A stretch of DNA of 64,000 nt from NCBI GenBank assembly GCA_963796965.1, contig CAWCNS010000007.1, positions 194,167 to 258,166 on the forward strand. The letters run 5' to 3'. Positions 1 through 13,561 of the stretch are shown here, one piece after another (the stretch's first letter is position 1; every line of letters starts with the position of its first letter). The position numbers and the translations under genes are program-made. This DNA is from Calditrichia bacterium. GTDB taxonomy: Bacteria; Calditrichota; Calditrichia; JAJRVZ01. Under the pieces are notes generated by a model. It saw nothing but the letters and a program-made list of their open reading frames with translations. It made no database searches and was not told the DNA's origin.

Positions 1-576
1 ACTGAAAAAGTAAATCTGGCTGAAATTACCTTTGGTCTGGATCTTGATTTCCGAGATGAGTCCAGTCTGCCAAAAGATGGCATGCGATTTTTTCTATCCC
101 ACAATAATGGCATTCTTTTATCAAATAATAACGGACATTATGGCAAAACACTGGCTTATTTGGAGTATTATGCTTCAATATTTCCATTTACCCTTGCATT
201 TCGTACAGGGGGAGGCGGCAGTTGGGGTGATATTCCCTTCTATAACCAGTTCAGTCTGGGCCAAAATACCTTTTTAAGGGGTTATAGAAATAATCGTTTT
301 ACCGGTGCGGCAATGGCATTTCTGGATTCAGAATTGCGGTTACCACTATTTGATGTCAAAACAGTATTAGTCCCCATTGATGTTGGTGTAAAAGGATTCT
401 TTGATATCGGTCGGATTTTTGAACCCGATGAAGATTCTAATACATGGCACCAGGGGTATGGATTTGGCATATATGCGGTTCCACTTAAATCAAGATATAC
501 TTTTATCATATCTGCAGGATTTTCTGATGAAGAATCGTGGCTCATAAATTTTGGTTTTGGAGCAGTTTTTAAATAG
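1..576 (+). CDS. Outer-membrane beta-barrel protein, C-terminal fragment (Omp85/surface-antigen-like); 5' end lies outside the window
   Basis: The reading frame is open from nt 1 (ORF track starts at the internal Met at 82). The C-terminus shows an alternating hydrophobic/aromatic beta-strand pattern ending ...SWLINFGFGAVFK, typical of OM barrels. Confidence 0.4.
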   Translation, partial: TEKVNLAEITFGLDLDFRDESSLPKDGMRFFLSHNNGILLSNNNGHYGKTLAYLEYYASIFPFTLAFRTGGGGSWGDIPFYNQFSLGQNTFLRGYRNNRFTGAAMAFLDSELRLPLFDVKTVLVPIDVGVKGFFDIGRIFEPDEDSNTWHQGYGFGIYAVPLKSRYTFIISAGFSDEESWLINFGFGAVFK

Positions 577-728
577 ATATCTGGCTTGGCTACAATTGGA
601 TCAGCAATATTCAGTTATACGAGGATCGGAAACTATCGGTGGGATTGCTTTTCCCACAGATTATTTCATTTTAATAATATTTTAGACCTACCCACAGTAA
701 AAAGAACAGCTATTTCAGCGTATGGAGA

Positions 729-1769
729 ATGATATTGAAATCTACTCTAATCAGAAAATTTAAAATATTGGGTATGATCTGCCTCTTTACCATCATCACA
801 AGTCTATTTTATCAAAAAATAGAAGAAGGAATTATAGATTTTACAGGTGTGATTGTTGGATTATTTTTGGGTTTAAATTTTGGGATTCTTGAACTTTTTT
901 TGTTAAAAAAATTAAACATACATTTGAAAAAATATCCCTTTTATCTCGTTGCACTTATCAAGGTAGTACTTTATACCTCTATTAGCTTCCTGGCCTTTAA
1001 TTCTTTAGGTTTTATTTTTGGATATTTTCAAGGAAAGACTTTAGAAGAATATTATGCTTCACTCCTTACTGTAGGAAGAATCACTCAAATCGGAACAGCA
1101 ATAGTAATGTATACAATTATTATTCTATTCTTACAAATCAGCCGTTTGTTGGGCGATGGTGTATTGTTGAAATTTCTGTACGGTAAATATCATAACCCTG
1201 TTGAAGAAGAGAGAATCTTTATGTTTTTGGATGTCAAATCATCAACCACGATTGCCGAAAAGATTGGACATAAAAAATTCTATTCTTTTTTAAACTCATT
1301 TTTTCACGAAATTACGGAACCGGTCTTAATGACCAGAGCAGAGATTTATCAGTATGTCGGTGATGAAATTGTCTTTCATTGGACTACAGAAAATGGTGTT
1401 AAAGATGCCAATTGTCTGAGCATATATTTTTTAATCAAAAAAAAGATTGAAGAAAATAAACATCAGTATTTATCGGAATATGGGGTAGTCCCGGAATTTA
1501 AAGCGGGGGTGCACTTCGGAAAGGTAATTATTGGACAAATTGGAGATATTAAGAGAGAGATTGTTTTTAATGGGGATGTATTAAATACGACATCCAGAAT
1601 ACAGGATTTATGTAATACCTATCACCAGGATTTAATAATCTCAAGACGCCTACTTTCTATATTAAAGTTACCACATAATTATAATCAAGAGCATTTGGGA
1701 AAGATTAAGTTAAGGGGTAAAGAATTTGATATGCATTTATACGGAATAAATCTTAAAATGAATAAATAG
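729..1769 (+). CDS. Membrane-anchored class III adenylate/guanylate cyclase
   Basis: About 4 N-terminal TM helices, then a cyclase-homology core (FMFLDVKSSTTIAEKIGHKKFYSFLN... YVGDEIVFHW ... GVHFGKVIIGQIGD). Confidence 0.7.
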   Translation: MILKSTLIRKFKILGMICLFTIITSLFYQKIEEGIIDFTGVIVGLFLGLNFGILELFLLKKLNIHLKKYPFYLVALIKVVLYTSISFLAFNSLGFIFGYFQGKTLEEYYASLLTVGRITQIGTAIVMYTIIILFLQISRLLGDGVLLKFLYGKYHNPVEEERIFMFLDVKSSTTIAEKIGHKKFYSFLNSFFHEITEPVLMTRAEIYQYVGDEIVFHWTTENGVKDANCLSIYFLIKKKIEENKHQYLSEYGVVPEFKAGVHFGKVIIGQIGDIKREIVFNGDVLNTTSRIQDLCNTYHQDLIISRRLLSILKLPHNYNQEHLGKIKLRGKEFDMHLYGINLKMNK

Positions 1770-1888
1770 ATATTTATTGCAATTTTTTCCATGGAGAAGT
1801 ATCTTGTTTATTATTCCTTCTTTATTGAAATAAATTTATCCGAATTATATCTTAATTTGGATCCTTTGTAGGCAGGATTGTTAAGATT

Positions 1889-3778
1889 ATGATAGGAAAA
1901 ACTGTCTCACATTATAGGATTATGGAAAAGTTAGGCAGCGGGGGAATGGGTGTTGTTTATAAGGCCCATGATCGTAAACTTGATCGTGATGTGGCGCTAA
2001 AATTCCTCCCTCAACATCTTACCTCCAGTGAAGAAGAAAAAAAACGTTTTATCCATGAAGCCCAAGCAGCCTCATCCCTTGAACACAATAACATCTGTGC
2101 TATTCATGAAATAGATGAAACGGATGATGGACAATTATTTATAAGTATGGGGTATTATGAAGGCGATACGCTTCAAACGAAGATTAAAGATGAACGATTA
2201 AAGATTAAAGATGCGATTAATTATACAATGCAAATTGTGCATGGATTGCAGAAGGCCCATGAGAAAAACATTGTTCACCGAGATATAAAACCTGCCAACA
2301 TTATGCTTACTGACGACGACGTCGTCAAAATTCTTGATTTCGGTTTAGCAAAACTCGCCTCACAGACTAAATTAACAAAAGAGGGCACCACATTAGGAAC
2401 CATCGCTTATATGTCCCCCGAACAAACCAGAGGAGAAAAGGTCGATCATAGGACAGATATCTGGTCTTTGGGCGTCATTTTATATGAAATGCTGACGGGA
2501 GAACTTCCCTTTAAGGGAGAATATGAACAGGCTGTCATGTATTCAATCATGAACGAAGAGCCTGAGTTTGTAAGTAAAATCCGCAATGATGTCCCGCTTG
2601 AGTTAGAGAAAATAATTAATAAAGCCCTGCATAAGAATCCTGATAAGCGCTTTCAAACGATGCAAGAACTATGTGAGGCTTTGGAGAATACCAGTACCAA
2701 CATAGATGCAGGATTATCAAAAACCGTCTCTGTTTATCGGTTGGGAAGAAAACAGCGACGGCTTTTAATACGAATTTCGCCGGTCGTGGTCGTCCTTTTA
2801 TCAATATTTGTATATTTCATTTTTATTAGGGAGGCGATGGCAACACCAGTATCCATTGTGCTATTACCTCTTGAAAACCTCACCAGAGACATAGAGCAGG
2901 AATGGTTTACAGATGGTATGACGGATGCACTCATCACTGATCTCGCGCGAATTAGCGGCTTACGTATTATCTCCAGATCGTCTGCGATGAAATACAAAAA
3001 TGCAAATAAGTCCTCAGCCGAAATCGCTTCAGAACTTGGTGTCTCCTATGTGATTGAAGGTTCGGTACAAAAATTAAACAACCAGGTGAAAATAACAACC
3101 AGACTTATTGAAGCCAGCACTGATGAGTATTTATGGGCACAGGACTATGAAAGACCATTTACGGATATTTTAGCCTTACAAGGCGATGTCGCTACTGAGA
3201 TTGCCAGACAGATACGGGTAAATTTAACCGATTTTGAAGAAAGCAGCCTTAGTAGCAAAGGACCGGTCAATCCTGAAGCATATGAGGCCTATCTTAAAGG
3301 AAATTTTTATCTATACAAACTGACACCGGAAGGATTAGAGACGGCTTTGCAATATTTCAAGTTAGCAGCGAAGTTGGATCCCGAATATGCCCTGGCCTAC
3401 ACCGGAATTGCCCTGGCTAACTGTGTACCCGCACAAAATGGTTATATTTCCATGGAGGAAGCATTTAATAATGCAAAGCCGGCGGTACAAAAAGCATTAG
3501 AGTTAGATGACTCATTGCCTGAAGTGCATTATATGAGGGGATTAATGGCCGGGTGGTATGAATGGGATTGGATTCTCTCAGTGTTTTCCCTGGAGAAAGC
3601 GATAAAAATAAACCCAAATATGGCAATAGCCCGGGCCTATTATTCACACATTCTTTTTATCCTAAACAAACCCAACGAAGGTTTGGAACAAATCACGCAG
3701 GCTCTGGAATTAGATCCCTTTCAATCCCTTATTCCATGCATTATATGCAATGGATTTGAATTATCTCCATCGATATGA
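1889..3778 (+). CDS. Hanks-type Ser/Thr protein kinase with TM segment, TolB-N-like periplasmic domain and TPR repeats
   Basis: Kinase motifs GSGGMGVVYKA, VALK, HRDIKPANIML, DFGLAK, SPEQ. A TM segment follows (VVVVLLSIFVYFIFI), then ...IVLLPLENLTRD...ISRSS (TolB-N/CsgG-like) and TPR-like helices. Confidence 0.85.
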   Translation: MIGKTVSHYRIMEKLGSGGMGVVYKAHDRKLDRDVALKFLPQHLTSSEEEKKRFIHEAQAASSLEHNNICAIHEIDETDDGQLFISMGYYEGDTLQTKIKDERLKIKDAINYTMQIVHGLQKAHEKNIVHRDIKPANIMLTDDDVVKILDFGLAKLASQTKLTKEGTTLGTIAYMSPEQTRGEKVDHRTDIWSLGVILYEMLTGELPFKGEYEQAVMYSIMNEEPEFVSKIRNDVPLELEKIINKALHKNPDKRFQTMQELCEALENTSTNIDAGLSKTVSVYRLGRKQRRLLIRISPVVVVLLSIFVYFIFIREAMATPVSIVLLPLENLTRDIEQEWFTDGMTDALITDLARISGLRIISRSSAMKYKNANKSSAEIASELGVSYVIEGSVQKLNNQVKITTRLIEASTDEYLWAQDYERPFTDILALQGDVATEIARQIRVNLTDFEESSLSSKGPVNPEAYEAYLKGNFYLYKLTPEGLETALQYFKLAAKLDPEYALAYTGIALANCVPAQNGYISMEEAFNNAKPAVQKALELDDSLPEVHYMRGLMAGWYEWDWILSVFSLEKAIKINPNMAIARAYYSHILFILNKPNEGLEQITQALELDPFQSLIPCIICNGFELSPSI

Positions 3779-4201
3779 TGAGGCGATTGAAATGTTGACA
3801 AGAGACGTTGAGAAAAACCCCCGGTGATCCTATGTCCTTGTCAACATTGAGGACAACTTATCATCAGAAAAAAGATGTATACAGAAGCGATCGAGATTTG
3901 GCGTAATTCTTTTGAAGTCAGCGGTGAAGATATGCAATGTCTGGAAGCGCTTGACCAGGGTTATGAAGAAGGGGGATATCAGATGGCTTTACGACGTGTG
4001 GCTGAGTTGAAAGTCCATCAGTCAAAATCCAAATTTGTTACGCCCTGGCAGATTGGTACCTTATATACACGTGCAGGAATGGGAGATGAGGCTCTTGACT
4101 GGCTTGAAAAAGCACTTGAAGCCCATGACCCAAATATGCCTTACCTTAATGTTGATCCCATCTTTGATTATATAAGGGATGATCCACGATTTAAAGAGTG
4201 A
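3779..4201 (+). pseudogene. Frame-shifted continuation of the kinase TPR C-terminus (3875..4201 ORF plus a short out-of-frame stretch)
   Basis: TPR-like sequence continues in other frames (..YDEAIEMLTRDVEKNP.. then MYTEAIEIWRNSFEVSGED...DPRFKE). This implies at least 2 indels between 3770 and 3880. An inverted repeat tgttgacaag...cttgtcaaca is also present here. Confidence 0.4.
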
Positions 4202-4247
4202 TTAAAAAGATAGGATTATCTGATTAAATCCTAATTTCTATTAAATT

Positions 4248-5995
4248 GTAACGGCGCGATGAAGAGGCTGTGTAGAAACACAGCCTCAATACTTTATTTT
4301 TAAGTAAATTTTCAGATTTTTAGTTGTTCTTTGACAATATTATTCCAAAAATGCCCGATTTAGGCAATGAAAAACAAAATGACTTAGATATCAAGCCATT
4401 TTCCAGTCATATCTCTGAATCATATCCATAATATCCTGATATGATTCAATAGATAATAATCGCCTAAAATTATAAACGGTCGTGAAGATATTTATTTCAG
4501 TTGTCACTTTTTTCTTACCTCGGAGAAGCAATGGAATTTTTCCCATCCAATATTTAATCGTACCAAAGGGATGCTCAACCATTTGCTTGCGAAGATGGAT
4601 CATTTTCTTAGCGGTGATGCCTGACATACGACGACGATAAATATCACGCCAACTCTGATTATGATAACGTTGGATAAGACGTCCATATTTAGAAGTTGTA
4701 CATTGGGTTCTCAACATGCATCGGTCACATTCAATACCTTGATAGACATCGTATCGTTGACCGTTATCAACTTTGTTTTTCTGTTTTCTTATTAATCGTT
4801 TACCTTCTGAGCAACGGTATTCATCTTGTTCTTCATCATAGTTAAAAGTGATAGGGCGATCATCATATCTGTGTTTTGGCCTTGGAACATAACAGGTCGT
4901 TTGATTTGTATTTTCGACGTTTTCTATCTGAGTCAGGTTATAGTATCCGCTATCGGTAACGGCAGCCTCAGGTATTAAATCTGTTTCCTGTTCTAATTCT
5001 TTGAGCATCGGTTCTATAAGATTGGTATCGTTTGAGGCATCAAAAACGTGGCTGTGGGCGATCATGTGATGGGCCTGATCAACAGCAATCTGGGTATTAT
5101 AGGCTGAAATCATTCCATCGCGACTGCGCATTAAGTTAGCCTGTGGATCACTCTGGCTAATAGAGGTTCGTGATTGTGATAGTAAAATATCTTTTTGTTT
5201 TTGCAGATTTTCTACCTGTTTCTGAAGTTTGGAGATTTTATCAAGCAAGACCTGATTCGTACTCCGGGATCCTTGAAGTCATCATCGGAAGAAGATTCGT
5301 CAATTTCTTCTAAAAGATCTTCCCGGCGATCATTTATCAATAACTGTTCTAAATATTGATCAAGTTTTTTGTCCAAGTGGTCTAAACGATGTTCAATTTT
5401 CTTGATGGTTAGCATATCTTTGTTGGTATTGGCTTTCACCTTGCTGCCATCAATAGCAATCAATTTTCCCTGGATGTAACCCTTGTCTCTAAGAAAGTGG
5501 CGAAACTTTTTAGTAACATATTTAATTGCAGCAGCATTATCTTTGCGGTAGTCAGCAATACTTTTATGATCGGGTTTAAGGTTGCCTATAAGCCAAATAA
5601 CTTCGATATTACGATGACATTCGCGTTCTAATTTGCGGCTGGTTTTGATGCTATTTAAATAACCATAAAGAAAAAGTTTTAACATCGTTACAGGGTTATA
5701 GGCGCGGCTCTAAAGTCTTTTGCCCTTATAGGCAAATTCTTCCGGTTACTGACACAATAGCGTCAATAAGAGCATCGATCAATCGAACGTAATGGTCATA
5801 GGGAACCAAGTCATCGAGCGATTGCATGAAAGTAACCTGGTTACGATCATCTGGAAAAATATAATGCATAGATATAGTCCGGTTAATTTTAAATAATTAA
5901 CCTAATTTAATAAATAACAATATATTATGTTAGATTTCTTTAAAAATTTGAGGTTGTGTGGTTGTTTTCACACAACCTCTTAATCGCGCCGCTAC
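4248..5995. mobile_element. IS1182-like (IS5/IS1182 superfamily) insertion sequence, ~1.75 kb, with ~40 bp imperfect terminal inverted repeats
   Basis: Left end gtaacggcgcgatgaagaggctgtgtagaaacacagcctcaa (4248-4289). Right end, reverse-complemented, is gtagcggcgcgattaagaggttgtgtgaaaacaaccacacaacctcaa (5948-5995). Each IR contains its own small hairpin. The IRs bracket the transposase ORFs. Confidence 0.7.
4391..5685 (-). CDS. Transposase, IS1182-like, split into two ORFs (5685..5212 and 5248..4391) by a single frame change
   Basis: N-terminal InsH-like domain (FLYGYLNSIKTSRKLERECHRNIEVIWL...PDHKSIADYRK), central coiled coil, C-terminal DDE region (AVTDSGYY..., HPFGTIKYW). The frame change lies near 5212-5248. 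Confidence 0.7.
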
Positions 5996-6125
5996 CCATG
6001 GTTCAGCATAACGTTCTACTCTACTCTTGTTAGGATTTGATAAACATCCAGCCTGTTATCCCAAATCTCATATCCTGTATCCCATATCATTACCAAATCC
6101 ACCTTCCAAAATCTAAAATCATTTT

Positions 6126-6632
6126 TTACGGTGTATACCAGATCGGTGAGGTATAAGCCCTCTCCTGGGTAATCATGGGAACTTCAGGGCCCATCTTAAT
6201 ACCAAAGCGTTTTGCCTCATAGGCTGTCCAGCGCGGGGTGGGGATCTCAATCACCCGGGCATAATAAACAGCGCTTAACTTCGGATCGAAATCAGGGTCT
6301 TTCCAAACCGCAATCATTTCTCGGGTAAAGCCGGATATACCTACCGCTTGTTCAGTCAGAATCTGATTGATTTCTCCACGTTCAAGAACGACAAAGTTTG
6401 TATTACTGCGAAGAGCAGTTGCCAGCATGGCCGAAACGGTCCGGCCAAATTCTACTTCTTTTGCCTGGGCATTGGCATCATAGAAGGGTAACACAGCAAT
6501 ATTTGGCTTTCCACGGAAAATATAATCTTCTTCCAGGAGAGAGTCAGAATCTGAAATCGAGATAATTTGCCCAAGGCAAGGAACAGTTAATATTAATAAA
6601 ATGATTAAAATGAGTTCTGTTTTTACTATCAT
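6126..6632 (-). CDS. Small secreted/lipoprotein with CsgG/TolB-N-like fold
   Basis: Signal peptide, then IAVLPFYDANAQ...FGRTVSAMLATAL...FVVLERGEINQILTEQ. This resembles the periplasmic module of the nearby kinase. Confidence 0.35.
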   Translation of the reverse strand: MIVKTELILIILLILTVPCLGQIISISDSDSLLEEDYIFRGKPNIAVLPFYDANAQAKEVEFGRTVSAMLATALRSNTNFVVLERGEINQILTEQAVGISGFTREMIAVWKDPDFDPKLSAVYYARVIEIPTPRWTAYEAKRFGIKMGPEVPMITQERAYTSPIWYTP

Positions 6633-6919
6633 TGTAGTTCCTCCTGTATATTGTTTGTAGGATTTACTCTGATATAATTATAAATAATTGAGGAAGGGGA
6701 TTGTCATAGAAATGTAAAAAGGATGTCAAAAAAAGAGTATAAGTTTTACAATAGTCGAGAGATTTTTAGTTTTTGAAATAATGAAGCCACAGGTTGCTAT
6801 AGGCGTATAAAAAAAGTAAATTCATCCGGTTTTGGGAAATGAGCATGTGATAGTATATTCAGAGAAATCCCAACGGTTGATAATCCTGTTTTTCGGAGAC
6901 CTCTCGACAATTACCTACT

Positions 6920-7351
6920 ATGAATAAGAATAAATTAATAAATTACATCGCTCTTCTGTTTTTAAGTGTAGTACTATTAGCATACTCGACCGTGCTTCAG
7001 TTTACGATGCCCTCGATAGTTCTCTGTTTCGGGAATGATGGTCATATTGCCTTTGAACAATCAGATAAAAACTTTCAATGTATTGATATTGAGGGTGATG
7101 ATGACCATGCAACCCATGAGCATGAAAACCTGGCTCACGACGAAGATCACTGTGAGGATATACCACTTAGTAATCTTTTTTCAGCATTATTTATGGGTGA
7201 TGATGGAAAAATAAAGCATGTTAAAATTTCTTCTGTAAATACAAAAAATAGAACGCTAAAAACTGATATAGACCTTCATCAATATAATAGTACTATTGTC
7301 GTTACCCATGCTGCAATGAAAAGCCTCAAATCTTCAATTCTTCTTATTTGA
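6920..7351 (+). CDS. His/Asp-rich putative metal-binding exported protein
   Basis: N-terminal hydrophobic segment and a DDHATHEHENLAHDEDHCED cluster, located directly upstream of the czc-like operon. Confidence 0.35.
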   Translation: MNKNKLINYIALLFLSVVLLAYSTVLQFTMPSIVLCFGNDGHIAFEQSDKNFQCIDIEGDDDHATHEHENLAHDEDHCEDIPLSNLFSALFMGDDGKIKHVKISSVNTKNRTLKTDIDLHQYNSTIVVTHAAMKSLKSSILLI

Positions 7352-7670
7352 TTCACACTTTATCTTTTTTACAAAATTATATTTCGCTCATTAAGCAAAA
7401 TAATTCTGCATTATTCCTGAATTTTGAGTGTAACATCAGAATTGGATATTTTTAAGAATTATAGGTCTTAATTTGTTCATAACCATGAAGACCGCTCCAA
7501 AAAGGCTCCGATAGAGGAAGTATACTTTATAATTTTTTCCTCGTGCTCTTCCTCCGAAGGAGTCCCTCCGGGAGTGAACTTCGTGGTGAATATTTATTCA
7601 TTTAGTAACCAGAGTCTTAGGCTTTGTGGCAATATTTTCACAGTAACAACTTTACCAAAGGAGATAATAA

Positions 7671-9036
7671 ATGAAAAGAGTCTTAATACTATTCATGGGT
7701 ATCATAGCCCTGATATCCATGATGAGTTGCTCTTCTTCAAGAAAATCAGCAAATATACCCCAGACAAGACCATTGGCCGAAAAATATACAGATGCCAAAC
7801 AATCTATTAGAGAGAAGTCAGAAGTTGATCATTCTTTCGTTCTAAACAAAGATACCTTATCAATGGCGGAGGCTATTCAGCTGGCTTTATTACATAATCC
7901 TGAACTTCAGTCGTATTCCTTTGAAATCAGGGCAAGGGAAGCGCGTACTTTGCAGGAATCCTTTGCTCCCAATCCTGAAATCGAATTTGAACTTGAGAAT
8001 TTTGCAGGATCCGGAGAACTAAGCGATTTTAAAGGATCAGAATTCACGGTTTCCGTAGGACAATTCATTGAACTGGCAGGTAAAAGGGACAAAAGAACAC
8101 AGGCTGCGGTCTTGCATAGTGATCTTTCTGCCTGGGATTATGAAGCAAAAAAACTTGACATATTACGCATACAGTTAAGCAATATCTGCAACTGATTGGC
8201 GACCAGAAACAGATTGCTTTGAATAAAGAATTAGTAAATGTATCAGAAAACCTTAATCACGCGGTAGTCAGACTCGTTAAGGCTGGGAGAACATCAGCTG
8301 CGGAAATATCGAGAACACAGATATTACTCTCAAAAGCACAACTGGATTTAAACAGATCCATGAGAAAATTTGAAACAGATCGTTTTCGACTATCTTCCCT
8401 GTGGGGTAAAACGTTTCCTGGTTTTAAATCTGTTAGAGGATCATTAGATAATGTTGCAGCAGATACCGCCTGTAGATAGTCTGAAAAAGTATTTATCAAA
8501 AAATCCTGATATTGTTCGCTGGGCAACAGAGATAGAGATGCGCCAGGCGATCGAATCATTGGAAGAGGCCAAAAAAATTCCTGATCCAACTATCCAGGCC
8601 GGATATAGACATATTACCGAACCAAATTTAAATGCCTTTAGTGGCAAATCTTTCCATTCCAATTCCCGTATTTAATACTAATAAAGGTGCTGTCCAGGAG
8701 GCCTATAATCGTCGCAAGAAAGCAGAAGAACAACGCCGGCAAATAGAAATTGCGATCAGCACAAACCTTAATAGAATTGTATCAAAATCTTTTGGTCACT
8801 ATATTCCGAAATTGATAATTCAAATAAAATCATCATTCCGGAAGCAGAGAAAGCTTATCAAATTATAAATGAAGGATATCTTCTAGGTAAGTTTAGTTTT
8901 TTGGATGTGCTTGCAATCTCAGAGGACATTGTTTGAGGCACGAAAATATTTGATTACAGCGTTAATCGAATATAATATCCGTGTTGCTGAAATGGAAAGA
9001 CTCATCGGGCGATCTCTATCGACGGTCAAATTTTAA
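7671..9036 (+). pseudogene. CzcC/TolC-like outer-membrane efflux factor, interrupted by at least 5 frame changes
   Basis: Lipoprotein signal (MMSCSS), then OMF motifs (LSMAEAIQLALLHNPELQ..., coiled-coil segments) spread over ORFs 7671-8195, 8219-8479, 8451-8675, 8632-8868 and further out-of-frame pieces to ~9036. Confidence 0.55.
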
Positions 9037-9375
9037 TAATAAGTATGTTAAGTTAGGCTGAAGTATAGAAATTTTTAGACAGGATAACAGGATTAACAGT
9101 ATGTCATTTTCTTTTAAATATCATGAGATGCGAAACAAGTTCAGCATGACTTATCCAGGTATTCCGAACCCTGGCCTGTCGCCAGAAGAGGCTGTGTCTG
9201 AATCTATAAGATCTTTTGTATCCTGTAAATCCTGTTATCTTGTCAAAATATTTGTTATTTCTGGTTAGGTGGATTGTCCTGTTTATTGTGAAAAAAAAGG
9301 AATAATAAAAATGAAAATCAAAGATTTTTAATCATTGATATGTATTTGTTTTTTCGTGTTTGTCTTTTAATTGTA

Positions 9376-10255
9376 ATGAAAAAAATGCGATAGTGGAGGA
9401 TGAACATAATGAGGAACATGAAGAATGCGGGAATTCATCTTAAGTGAAGATGAAATAGCAGAATTTGATATCACAATTGGGGTAGCAGAACCGGGAAAAC
9501 TGCAGGTGCATATTACTGTCCCCGGAGAAGTTGTGGTTCCACCGGATAATCTTGCCCATATTCATCCCAGGTTTCCCGGTATGGTTAAGGAAGTAAAAAA
9601 ACATATCGGTGACAGTGTCCGTGAAGGGGAGATACTGGCAATTATTGAGAGTAATGAAAGTCTGACCGAATACCAGATCAAATCTTTAATCGACGGAACG
9701 ATTATTGAAAAACATATTACCAGGGGTGAAATAGTTGAAGGTAATACTGATGTCATGGATTTGTCGTTGCGGATCTCAGTGAGGTCTGGGTTTGTCTGAA
9801 TCTTTACCAGAAAGATTTGTCCTTCTGTAAAAAAAGGACAAAAAGTCACCATTTCGCTTGGACAAGGTCTAGAAGAGGTTAACGGGAGAATTAAGTATAT
9901 CTCTCCCATTATAGATGAGACACCCGAACGGCAACTGCCCGGGTGGTTTTACCTAATCCTAAAGGCTTCTGGAAACCAGGTCTTTTTGTCAACGGCACAA
10001 TTATTACAGAAGAATTTAGGGCTAAGATTGCGGTTCCTAAAACGGCAATAGAAACGATTGATAATAAACCTTGTGTGTTTGTAAAATCTGATAAGGGTTT
10101 TGAACCGACGATTTATTACCCTGGGGAGAAAGAATCAGACACTGGTTGAGGTTACAATGGTCTGGAGCAGGGTGAAAAATATATAACAAAAGGGGCCTTT
10201 ACCCTAAAAGCCGAACTGCAAAAGGAAATGTTTGGTGATGGACATGGGCATTAAG
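9376..10255 (+). pseudogene. CzcB/CusB-like membrane fusion protein, interrupted
   Basis: Out-of-frame N-terminus ..EEHEECG..IAEFDITIGVAEPGKLQVHITVPGEV.. continues into 9425-9799 (..HIHPRFPGMVKEVKKHIGDSV..ILAIIESNES) and 9943-10149 plus a tail ending ..DGHGH. Confidence 0.55.
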
Positions 10256-10411
10256 TAATGAATATCACAATTGACACGAAGCTAACGCATTGCGCATAGG
10301 GCAAAGCAAAGCGCAAAGCAATGAAATGATTTTACGGTTTTAACATTGCTCTATGCGCCATGCTCTATGCCGAAGATTATATAGATTTCATTTAAACTAA
10401 GCGAATAACAA

Positions 10412-13513
<3,102 letters not shown>

Positions 13514-13561
13514 AAATATTCAAGAAATAATAACCTTACACGCTTTTATGCTCAAGATATC

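Noticed and set aside
3562-3759. 65-aa ORF in an alternative frame inside the kinase gene
   Set aside because: Embedded in a well-supported CDS, no motif.
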